Source: Leucoraja erinacea (lineage: Eukaryota). From it: DNA of 64,000 bases. The notes beneath the pieces were generated by a model that was not told where the DNA came from, did no database searches, and worked only from the letters and a program-made list of their open reading frames with translations. The position numbers and the translations under genes are program-made. Within the stretch, counting starts at the first letter, position 1; each line of letters begins with the position of its first letter. Positions 13,770-24,063 of the stretch are shown one piece after another. The stretch lies in contig NC_073378.1 of the NCBI RefSeq assembly GCF_028641065.1, forward strand, positions 69,006,001 through 69,070,000. Reading direction: 5' to 3'.

Positions 13770-14330
13770 CGAAACAGAGTAAGCCCGGCTGGGAGAAGAG
13801 TCAACCCGGTTGAGGGAGAAAGCCGGCTGCGTGAGAAGCGGACCAGCAGAGTAAATAAAAAAAATAAAAAACTGGCTGCGAGAGGAGCGGACCGGTCGTG
13901 AGAGAAAGCCCAGTCACAAGAGACAGCCGTGAGCAGAGAAAGCCTGGTTGGGAGCAGAGTCAGCCCAACTGTGAGCAGAAAAGAGGGTCCGGCTGCACAA
14001 GGAAGCGGATTGGCCGAGGGGGAAAGCCCGGATGTGAGAAGAAGTCCAGCCCCGAACAAAGAGTGGGTCCGCACGAGAGAAGCAGAACAGCACTCAAGCA
14101 CTTCAGCCCGATCGGGAATAGAGTCAACCCGGTCGTGAGGGCTGTGGAGACAGCGAGCAGGCAAATCAGCAGAGCAGCAGTAGTCAACTTGGCAGCGAGC
14201 CAATGGCAGCAAAAGTAACGGTGAAGCCCGGAGGAGCCAGCAAAAGCAGCAAAAGTGGAGGTCTGGCGAGGCCAGCAGCAAAAGTACCGGTGGGGACAGC
14301 TCGAGAGGTCGAGAAGGCACTGGAGTCCAT
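13770..14330 (+). repeat. Degenerate purine/GC-rich tandem repeats in the LTR element leader
   Basis: Recurring AGAGTCAACCCGG, GAGAAAGCCC, GTGAGCAGA and CAGCAAAAG motifs. Confidence 0.6.
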
Positions 14331-14595
14331 AGGCCGACAATATAACGGGACTGTTTGGATGTAATGCATTGGTCACTGTTATTAATAGTAAATCTGTGTG
14401 CATAGCAGGAATATGATTAAAATGTTCTAAATGTCTATTAACATGAAATGTTGGTTAATAGTATAAATGTATTATTATAAGAATTAGTAATAGTCAGTGG
14501 GCTGGATCACTTCTTAGTGTGTAGAAGGATTAAGTCTAATACAGAATACACAGTGAGAGAAAAGAAGATAGTGCACCTGAATAGCAACAGGTAAC

Positions 14596-15204
14596 ATGGC
14601 TTTTCAAATTGTAGGAAATGTGCCCCAGTTAAAATATGGGTGTAATTTTGAGAAATGGACCAAAGTCTTGGAGGCTTGTTTCATTTCCAATGATATCGCT
14701 GCAGAGGAGAAGAAGAAAGCATGGTTCATATTAGGCTTAGGAAGAGAGGGTTATCAGACCTTACATATGTTACTGCTGCCAGCCAAGCCCACAGATAAAA
14801 TGTATGAGGAGTGTAAGGAGGCTTTAATGGCTTATTTCTCGCCAAAAGCTCCAAGGGTATCCAGAGGCAAGGAGCCTGAACTAAAGAGGACAGAGAGTCT
14901 CTCAAAGGACCAAGGTCAAGTGCAAAAAGACAAAGGTCAAGTGCAAAAGTACAAAGGTCAAGTGCAAAAGGACAACGGTCAAATGCAAAAGGACAAAGGT
15001 CAAGTGCAAAAGGACAAAGGTCAAATGCAAAAGGACAAAGGTCAAGTGCAAAGGGACACAAGTCAAATGCAAAGGGACACAAATCAAGTGCAAAGGGACA
15101 CAAGTCAAGTGCAAAGGGACACAAGTCAAGTGCAAAATGACACAGGTCAAGTGCTAAGGGACAAAGGGCAAATGCAAAGTGGCAGAAGTCAAGGGCAAAG
15201 ATAA
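14596..15204 (+). CDS. Gypsy (Mag-like) Gag N-terminal domain plus Q-rich heptad repeat
   Basis: WTKVLEACFISNDIAAEEKKKAWFILGLGREGYQTLHMLLLPAKPTDKMYEECKEALMAYFSPK fits the Mag/K02A2.6-type Gag N-terminal pattern; followed by 13 KDKGQVQ-like repeats. Confidence 0.75.
   Translation: MAFQIVGNVPQLKYGCNFEKWTKVLEACFISNDIAAEEKKKAWFILGLGREGYQTLHMLLLPAKPTDKMYEECKEALMAYFSPKAPRVSRGKEPELKRTESLSKDQGQVQKDKGQVQKYKGQVQKDNGQMQKDKGQVQKDKGQMQKDKGQVQRDTSQMQRDTNQVQRDTSQVQRDTSQVQNDTGQVLRDKGQMQSGRSQGQR
14905..15177 (+). repeat. 21-bp coding minisatellite, 13 units
   Basis: Consensus AAGGACAAAGGTCAAGTGCAA; in frame; drifts from KDKGQVQ to RDTSQVQ. Confidence 0.95.
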
Positions 15205-16418
15205 ATTGTCATCCAAAGGGAAACCCTAGCTATTCAAGCTGCATTCAGGGCTATGAATGTATGGAAAGAAATCCGGAACAAACAGAAGGCAGCAATGGTA
15301 ATACAAGCAGCATTTAGAAGGCATAAAGTATATCGTCAATACAAGGCAATGAGATTGGCAGCTATACTAGTACAAACCCATTATAGGACACCTTCAAATG
15401 GAAAGTGATCGCAAAACTTACATGAAGGTACGCAGAAGCGTTGTACTGCTTCAGGCAGCCTACCGTGGCATGCTTGTTTCGAAGGCAATTGCGGGGCATG
15501 CATAAATCTGTCAGGGTCCTACAGACTTATTATCAGATGTATAAACAGCATCAGTATTTTAAGAAACTACGCTGGTCTGCCATTGCTGTACCGCAACGAT
15601 ACAGAGCATGCCAGATAAGAGATGTCCAAGTGAGACAGTATAAGAGTTTGAGAGAAGCAGTGGTTTGTATTCAGGCCTTATGCCGCGGGATCAAAGCCAG
15701 AGTATTGGTAGAGAAAACCAAGGCAGCATGCTGTATTAAGTCATTCATAAGAATGTGCATTACAAGAAAGCATTTATTGATGCAAAAGGCGGCTGTAGTC
15801 ACTCTGCAAGCTGCATACCGTGGTTACCGATTAAGGGTATGGCACAGAGCTATGCGACAAGCAGTCATTTCGATCCAGAGATGCTACAAAGCATGTAAAA
15901 TAGGGCATTCCCAGTTTGTGCAATATCAACCAATAAGGGATGCAACTATTACCTTTCAAACTGCCTACAAGAGTATTGTGGTTAGGCAGTGGGTTAAGCA
16001 AAAGAGAGCTACTGTACTCTATATGAGTTGGTATAGGAAAGACCTAAGGAGACAAATAGATGCACAACAGAAAAGGCTGAAACGATACAAAAGGCTTAAA
16101 CGATATAGGAAAGACTTCCTCAAACCGATTTATATAGCAGTTGTAGTGCAGTATCACTACCGTGCTTATGTAGTAAGAGAAATATACCAAGCGCAAATCA
16201 AAGCCATTGCTGTATTGCAAGGACAGTATAGATCCTACTTCTTGATGAATAACCAGAAAGGTGATTTAAGAAGACAAATAGAGGAACAGCAGAAAAGGCT
16301 TAAACGTTGCGAAGAACGGTTAAATAAATGTGTGACGATGAGCAAAAAGCTGTTAACAGAAAAGTCTAAAGAAGAGAAGCTTGTTGGTCGAGACAAAAGT
16401 GTGCAGGACCGATTGTGA
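15205..16418 (+). pseudogene. Captured ASPM-like IQ calmodulin-binding repeat array plus coiled-coil tail (frameshifted)
   Basis: [99 protein letters not shown] with roughly 23-27 aa spacing and basic linkers; frameshifts near 15390 and 15478. Confidence 0.8.
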
Positions 16419-16886
16419 TTAGGACACTTCAGTATAGTCCAGCATGGAGCTTCCTTCACTGAGCAATGGACAAATGTTTATGCATTGCAGAATGTCCTTA
16501 TACAACAAGAGCAGATAAATATGCAGCACCAGGAAATTGAGCAACTGAAAAACTAAAACCAGCAGTCATGTGTCAGATCCCACCTACAAATAAGGAACAG
16601 AAACAGAAGAAATGTTAACTTTAGCGGAATATCAAGAACAGGAAGAAATCTGCAAATTAGATTAGGATATTTAAAAAGGGAAGAGGCAGAGATACGGGTA
16701 GAGCTAGAGTGATTAGAAAGATGAGTGGAATGAACCCTTATAAGTGCTAAGTTTAGATACAGTTTACAGTTATGAGGATGTAATGTCAGATGACTGTAAT
16801 AATATAATTTTGCAACTGCGTGTTAATCAATTATATATAATGTAGTAGAAATGGTGTTATTCGCCTCCAAGCTAAATGGGGAGCAG

Positions 16887-17159
16887 TGTAATGTATATAA
16901 TGTAAATGGTGTTACCCTCCAAGTAAAATTATTGTCATAATTGCACCATCCCGCCGACCTTCCTCTTTCAGATGCAGAAAGGTCAGTCCTCAACACATTT
17001 AATATATATAATGTAATTAGCGTATGTTATGTCTTGTGCGAGGGGACGCATGTGCTAGAAGAGACTCAAGGTGGCATCCTGCAATAAAGAAGCTTGTTAG
17101 TTTACTCCTGTACCTGAGAGTTCTTTTGAGTCAGTTCCAAGTACCCAAAATACACTACT
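16887..17159 (+). repeat. 3' LTR
   Basis: Starts TGTAATGTAT directly after the PPT-like AAATGGGGAGCAG; 16933-17159 matches the 5' LTR. Confidence 0.85.
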
Positions 17160-17184
17160 TTTTGTTCTGCCTATTTGTTAGAAA

Positions 17185-17450
17185 TGGGAGGCTATAACCC
17201 AGCAGTATGAATATTGATTTCTCAAGCTGATTTATCTAACTCTTGCTTACCCTCTGTCTCCGTTCCTTCCCCACCCTAATTCTCCGATTAGTTTCATTGT
17301 TCTGATTTGTTCGACTGATTGTATGCCTCGCAGTCACTTTCCCCGCAGCTAACAATGAATGATTCTACATTTCCTTATCATTGCTTGATCTGTCATTTCT
17401 ACACGTTACCCTTCCATATTTTTGGTCTCCCTCTCCCCTTATTACTGCTG
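17185..17450 (+). mobile_element. Penelope-like 3' end fragment
   Basis: ATGAATATTGATTTCTC (MNIDFS-type ORF end) and a 3' region similar to 26340-26580. Confidence 0.55.
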
Positions 17451-18861
17451 TTACTCAGTTATTGAAGTTCCTCAAATCTAAATTGATTAGAATTTAAATT
17501 TAGGATGATAAAATGTTATTTGGATCAGAAGAAAGAGTAGATGCAGGATTCAAAACATCCCCTATTCCTTTTCTCCAGAGATACAGCCTGTGTCACACTC
17601 CAGACACTTGAAACTCTTTCCACACTCCTCCCCTGAGCTACTAGGAATAACACCTGCATTTAATCTGTTCCCCCAATCTATCACTTGGTATAAATACCCG
17701 TGATCATCAGCTATTGGGTGCCGACAATTCAGTTCTGCATTCTGTTGGTTCCAGGTCTATATTTTTCGGTTCCTTGCCTATATCTTTTTGTTCCATTCGT
17801 GTTTGCATTTTACTTCGGAGTCACGTGAGTGACTACGTGAAGAAGCCCGCTTCCACGCATGCGTGCCATATCGCTACACGCATTGCAACGAGTCACACAG
17901 GGGGGAACGGCGTTCCCCAAGCGGGAGATTTGAAAGTCGGGAACAGCAGGTAAGAGACTCTGCGTTCCTTTTTACTACTTACTTTTAGGAGGCTGCGGAA
18001 AGCCGGCGGGGAGACCCGTGGAGGGCGAGCAGCCAGCAGCAGCAACAGCATGAGTTTCCCTGGAGGGGAACAACCTGAGCCCGACTTTGCTCCCGCACCG
18101 GCAAAATTCACCTCTCGGCCGGGCGGGAAGCAAAGTAAAAAAGGTCCCTATGCCAGTCTCAAACGAGACTGGCTTGGGACCAGTCGCTAGCAGCCAGCAC
18201 AGAGGCTGCGGGACAGACAGCTCGGACCAGCGAGGGGCTCGAAACGCTCAGCGAGTGCAGCGGCACTTGTGGAGTCGGAACGGGACGTTCGGGCTGAAAA
18301 CCTTGTTCACAAGGTAAGCACCAGGGTCCAGGGGATCTATAGGAACAGCCGGGGTTACCGGCTGCGGAACTGCCGCGAAGGACCAGGCCCGTGAACACCG
18401 GGGTCGGTCCAAGCGGCTTGAACCCGACACAGGGAACGACGGTCACCGGCGGGAGAAGGAAAGTCGGGAACAGCAGGTAAGAGACCCTGCGTTTCCTTCA
18501 ACTTACCTTTCTAGGTGCAGACATGGACCAGGTCCATGTAAGGTGCAGAAGGCCGGCGGGAGAACCGCGGAGGAGCGGCAGTAGCAGCGGCAGCGGCAGC
18601 AGCAGTGGCAGCCGGCAGTTGCAGTAGCACAGACAGCAGCAGTGGCAGCTGGCACTTCGTGAGGAGCTGGCAACGGCAGGAGCAGCATGGGCACATCGAT
18701 TCCCGGAAGGGGAAAAACACCTGTGCCCAACTTCGCTCCAGCATGGTGAGAAAGTTCATTTCTCGGCAGCAAAGGACTTTGCAGTTGACTGGCTGCAATC
18801 TACTACAAGGGACCAGTATGTGAGTACCAGGATCGGTCCCAGCGGGGTTTTAGTTACAATA

Positions 18862-18955
18862 ATCGCTTCTCGGCTTTTTGGCTAAGATCAAGTGTAGTAT
18901 CTGTTCTTATCAGTTTAATATCTGATACACCCCTTATCTAGGGACTATATATATT
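18862..18955 (+). pseudogene. U2 snRNA 5' fragment (about nt 1-95, no Sm site)
   Basis: ATCGCTTCTCGGCTTTTTGGCTAAGATCAAGTGTAGTATCTGTTCTTATCAGTTTAATATCTGATAC is nearly identical to the vertebrate U2 5' end; a second degenerate partial copy lies at 18968-19025. Confidence 0.92.
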
Positions 18956-21264
18956 ATATAAAAACTATAGTAGCTGTTATCATCAGTTTTAATGTCTTAT
19001 ATGTCCCTTATCTAAGGACCATATAAGTAGGAGTGCCCAGAATTGAGGGCATTAGAGTGGGGTTGACCGGCTGCAACGACCATAAGGGACCAGTACCGTC
19101 AGTACGGGGGTGGGTCCCAGGGGTCTAAGATAAAGGAGCAGCCAGGAGTGCTGAGAGCGTTGAAGTCAGGTTAAAGGAATAGATGGAAGCAGCTGTGCCA
19201 GTTATCCTCCACACCGGCCATATCCACTTCACGGAAGGAAGGACAAAACTGGAGAAGGAGGACCATGGAACAGCGGGCAGCCAGCAGCAGCCAGCGGCAC
19301 TTGGATCAACCGTAGTGGGATCAGCTGTGCCCGATGTCGGCCCCGCACCGGCCAGATCCATGTGACCGAGCGGTAGGCTTGACACAAATCAAACAAGGTA
19401 GTGGACTCGGAAGGGTCCGACTTTGCATAAAACCGCCGGCAACCAGTGCCCGAGAGGGCTGGAGCGGGAAGAAGCGGTGTATGGAGCCTTGCTCCAACGT
19501 GATAAAACCACAGCAGTACCTCTTTGAGGGCTGCACAATGCTTTTACCCCATCAGAGGGGAGCACTGTGGGTCAGTTCTGGGCTCACCTGCAAGAGGGGT
19601 CCGCAGAACAAAAGACAAGTGGGCAGCAGTTTAGCCCCACATGGGTACCCCGTGTGGGACCCTAGAGATCTCTAACTCTATAAAAAAGAGTAGGCAGGAC
19701 CCTGATGGGCCAGAGCCTGGTAATACAGCGTCCCATGATCCTAACACAGCAGGGACTCTGCTGGACATGGTGGCCGATTACTTTAGCCAAGTCAAACATG
19801 GGTAGACTTGGATCCAGGATGGCAATAGTATTACTATATGTCTGGCCACAAAACGCCAACAAGAAAAATTTACAAACACTGGCCAGACATCTGCCACCTG
19901 GCAACGGTGAGGCATTACAGGTGCCCAGTGTAAACCAATGCATTTGGCAGCATATGGACGAACATCAGGAACCAGGACCTCAAGATCCAGAGAACCTTCA
20001 AGGGATTGACGGAAGGCATCATAGCACACACCAGCACCCTGGACTAAACGTAGGTAACCAAAGACCATCAAGACGCACTAGATCTGTTTAATAATATGCA
20101 ATATAACCTGAACTACACGTGGAAGGCGGCCATTCAGCCAGCACTAGGACCCCAAAAATGCTACCATTTGCAAATAAAAACCATGTGTGGACTAAGCCAA
20201 GACACTGGGGCTCATCAAGGCCAGCGCAAGGGCCTATTTTGGAGCATGATACCAGCCACAGGTAGGCCATAAAAAATGTGGCTCATACCAGTAGCAGGGT
20301 CAGAAATCAATATAACCTGCAGGATCCGTTTTAGGGTATGGCCAGGGCGGCCACCCTGGAAGATGCGGAAGCCTCAACCTCCCACACAACCCCGAACAAG
20401 AAATATTAAACCAGAACCTTATTTTCAAAAAACCAAGGAAATAACAAAACCACCGGTAACCAGGGAGGTAGGTGGGTGGGGTTTTCTTCTGTTAAAATAG
20501 GGACCTACGAGGGTAGGGGAGGTTGCAACACTACAGTTATGTATGGTATATAATCACTACAGATTCATATAATCTCAGCAGTATTCAGGGTTATCTGATA
20601 GGGTTTTTCTCATCCCATTAACCACAGTACATCATACACCAGAAGGGCGTTTTGTCCTTACATAAACCAAACAATCTAAAACCCACATGGTGCTACAAGA
20701 ATTGTACACAAAAGATGGGATTGAACATATTTATTAAATATAAGATAGAGTAGGGTTGCAGGATTATCATTGATTTTAACCCTAAACACATTTGTTTTAG
20801 ATATTCATTTTAAGATGGATGCTCTTATTATTGATATAGACTTGGTGTCAGTTGTGGGTTTTTATATGGCAGGCATTGACTCAATAGAGGAACTTTGGCA
20901 ATATAGAGCTTACATAAGGGGCAATCATTAGCCCCATTATTATGTACTAAAATTCGTAAACCAGCTTGGCATTGTTATGTAAATAAGCCATAGGGTGAGG
21001 TTTTTCCCCCGTTCGGACCCATCATTGGGGTACTAGGGATAATTCAACCACACTCGGCATCTGGAATTTTCAGAGTACCCGACTGACCTTCTCAATCATG
21101 GTATTTCAGTCTTACAGGGGATGGTGTTAGAACCATGTTCCCTATGAACATTGCCAAAAAATTATTGATTTATCCAGTGATTGGAGGCAGTCATCCATGC
21201 CATAACACTATGGATTTATTGATTTGTAGAGTCTAACAGACCCACTACACTGTCAGACAGGACG

Positions 21265-22075
21265 ATGAATCTCATCTCATCTGCACTAAGACTGTCAACA
21301 CGGAAGCAGTACCTTGGACACATCAAGAAATGGGGCATATACTGCTTGGACAACAATCTCGACCAAAAGGCCAAGAACATTCTGGCCGTATTGGAATTTT
21401 TACAAGCCTCCATTAGGATAATCGATGGAGCTACAGTGCCTTCAATAGTGCCACAAATGCACTCTCCAATTACCTATCACAAGGAACGGAGCGGCACGCG
21501 GTGGAAACGCACCCCTGGTAAGAAAACCAGGTACTCCGAAATCTGGGACGTGGGTGTCGTTTTCTCAACATGCTGAGGAGCCTGTAGCTCATAACAGCGT
21601 TGTCACTTCAGTAACAGTCCAGGAAGATGGTTATGCTCATGGTGTTATTTACCGCACAACAAGTCCAGCCATTAAGCAAACTGAGCCTGGACTCCCTGAT
21701 CATCTCACCGAGAAACTGGTGTTGTCATACAGGATTTAATAAAAAGAAAACAGATCGGGTTCCTCGGGTCAAGTGTTTGAATTTATGGTACACCCATATG
21801 GCAAACGACTGTATAGCAAGACACATCTAACAATACATAGAATATACTAAGAACATTCGAGGTCAGAGAATGGAGTTGTTTATCTCTTACAAGAAACCGC
21901 ATGAAAGGGTCATGACTCAAACTATATCAAGGTGGCTCAAATAGGTCCTAAAAATGGCAGAAATAGACACTAATGTTTTAACTCTCATTCCACCAGGGCT
22001 GCAGCAACATCCGCAGCAAAAATTGTACAGGTACCCACAGACCAAATCCTCAGAATGGCAGGATGGTCATTAAAA
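21265..22075 (+). pseudogene. DIRS tyrosine recombinase remnant
   Basis: N-terminal STRKQYLGHIKKW...VLEFL; C-terminal LFISYKKPH...TISRWLK*VL...HSTRAAATS...ILRMAGWS; stops and frameshifts. Confidence 0.88.
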
Positions 22076-22353
22076 AAGGGTTTTCCACAGGTTTTATAAT
22101 AAACCAGTTATTTTTTGGAGCCATCATTGTATTAAGAAAACATTTTATGTTCAACAAAATAATTTGCCCGAAAGGTTACAGGGCTATGATTCTCAAATTT
22201 AAAAAAAAAAAAAATGTTATATATTTTTTCGTTATACCACACAACTCTTTGTATAATTGTGTTTAAAATTACTAATGATGCTCTCTCCCAATACCCAAGG
22301 CAGTTTGTGAAGCATGGACTCGTTCCACGGCATGAGGTCACAGAGCTTTGAAA

Positions 22354-22466
22354 TCTTCACGTAGTCACTCACGTGACTCCGAAGTAAAATAGTAAGATTA
22401 AACGAGAACTTACCAGTTTGAAGTTTGATCTGTATTTTATGAGGAGTTACGATGAGGGATTACGTG
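22354..22466 (+). other. DIRS internal complementary region (ICR)
   Basis: 22354-22390 is the exact reverse complement of 17807-17843; 22386-22466 is the exact reverse complement of 22607-22687. Confidence 0.92.
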
Positions 22467-22689
22467 CCCTCCGCTCCCACCCTCTTATGATCATATCAAA
22501 AACTGGTATCTCTTTGGTAATCTTACTATGTTAGATCATTATAGGTTCCTGTGACCTCACACCGCTGCTTTGAAGTATGACACGCATGCGTGGAAGCGGG
22601 CTTCTTCACGTAATCCCTCATCGTAACTCCTCATAAAATACAGATCAAACTTCAAACTGGTAAGTTCTCGTTTAATCTTACTATTTTGG

Positions 22690-22984
22690 GTTATAGAATA
22701 AAGGGGAGGCCATTTAAGACTGAGGTGAGAAAAAACTTTTCACCCAAAGAGTTGTGAATTTGTGGAATTCCCTGCCACAGTGGGCAGTGGAGGCCAAATC
22801 ACGGGATGGATTTAAGAGGGAATTAGATAGAGTTCTAGGGGCTGGTGGAATCAAGGGATATGGGGAGAAGGCAGGCACATGTTATTGATTGGGGACGATC
22901 AACCACGATCACAATGAATGGTGGTGCTGGCTCGAAGGGCCAAATGGCCTCCTCCTGCACCTATTTTCTATGTTTCTATGTTTC
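22690..22984 (+). mobile_element. CR1/HER1 LINE 3' end
   Basis: Encodes FFTQRVVNLWNSLP; GGCTCGAAGGGCCAAATGGCC stem and (TTTCTATG)n tail. Confidence 0.85.
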
Positions 22985-23012
22985 AGTACTTCGCCATGAC
23001 CCTGCATGCAAT

Positions 23013-23080
23013 TCCTTTCCATTTCTGAGCCCTCTGACAGCGGCCAACTAATCTGTCAGAGGGCTCAGAAATGGAAAGGA
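23013..23080. repeat. Perfect 28-bp inverted repeat with 12-nt loop
   Basis: TCCTTTCCATTTCTGAGCCCTCTGACAG / CTGTCAGAGGGCTCAGAAATGGAAAGGA. Confidence 0.9.
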
Positions 23081-23536
23081 CTCGAATGCAGGCTCACTGA
23101 GAAGTACTGAAGAAAATCCGAACATGAACCGAAAGAGATAGACCTGGAACTGACAGAACTCAGAACTGCTATCGAACCGACAGAATACAAAAATTCTGGC
23201 AGCAGGCAGAATTCCATCCCATTCCCCTTTGAATGGATTGTATCCCCGGTGAGTCTTTAGTATAATCTTTGCCAATTACTTCCTTTCTCAAGGGACTTCC
23301 CCGATATAACAGCCAAAGATTCTTCACCTGTCCTTTCCCTTCTTCACTTTCTACCATCCAGTGATCCAAACAATCCTTCCAAGTGTAGTAGTGATTTTTC
23401 CAATCCATTGTACTTCATTCAATGTTCACAGTGTAGTCTCTCCTGCAGTGAAGAAAACAAAAACAGGTTTGGGTGAGTGCTCTTTAGAGCATGTGTCAAG
23501 TATTCCAAGATGATCCCAAACTTCCCACGGGCACTT

Positions 23537-23765
23537 TAGTTTAGTTTAGAGATACAGTGTGGAAACATGCCCTAGGCCCATAGAATCAACTAACACCAAC
23601 CTACAGACACTAGAGACATTTTACATGTTTGACAAACCCAATAAAACTACAAACCTATATGTCTTTGGTGTGTGGAAAGAAACCGGGGAACTCGGAGAAA
23701 ACCCAGGCAGGACGCGGGGGAGAACATTTAAACTCCGTACAGGCAGCACCCATGGTCAGGGTCTA
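23537..23765 (-). mobile_element. HE1-type V-SINE
   Basis: TTTAGTTTAG tail, then core and head in reverse orientation. Confidence 0.75.
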
Positions 23766-24063
23766 AATTCAGTCGACAGCTTCTGTTTTTACAGTTTTGT
23801 CCTAAAACTTTAGGCTGTGCACGCCACATGAAAGAAGAGTAAATACATTCAAGAATGTTCCAAAAGCTGGAAGATTGCTTAACAACAGACATTAACCAAA
23901 TAAATCCAGCCACTACATTTTAAAATAACAGTAATTCCCAGTAAAGACAAGAAAAATTATGAGCTATATGAAAACCGCTATACAAATAATAATCTGGAGT
24001 GTAGGGGGAACAAGATGATCTCTGATTCCGATTTGCTCTGCCTAAGCTTGTAAAATAATTTGC

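Larger units (their letters stand above)
12764..17159 (+). mobile_element. Non-autonomous Gypsy-derived LTR element carrying a Gag/IQ-repeat (ASPM-like) chimera and no pol
   Basis: 227-bp direct repeats at 12764-12990 and 16933-17159 (11 mismatches by manual count); PBS directly after the 5' LTR; purine-rich tract at 16874-16886; gag-like ORF at 14596; no RT, RNase H or integrase motifs. Confidence 0.9.
17807..22687 (+). mobile_element. DIRS1-type tyrosine-recombinase retrotransposon, non-autonomous or degenerate
   Basis: Left ITR 17807-17870, right ITR plus extension 22576-22687, internal complementary region 22354-22466; gag-like remnant ~19850-20010 (LQVPSVNQCIW); YR remnant. Confidence 0.93.

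Noticed and set aside
13742-14403. Antisense ORFs of 147-192 aa in the LTR element leader
   Set aside because: They arise from compositional skew in repetitive sequence and show no recognisable domain.
14726-15150. Antisense repeat ORFs (CPFALDL)n and (LHLTCVP)n
   Set aside because: They are by-products of the stop-free minisatellite read on the other strand.
14905-15177. CRISPR array
   Set aside because: The 21-bp units are contiguous with no unique spacers, are in-frame coding, and sit in eukaryotic DNA.
15205-16418. Exon of the genuine ASPM gene
   Set aside because: It lies inside LTRs downstream of gag, is frameshifted and much shorter than the native IQ exon, and no other ASPM domains (ASH, CH) appear in the window.
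18862-18955. Functional U2 snRNA gene
   Set aside because: It stops before the Sm site and 3' stem-loops and is embedded in a transposon.
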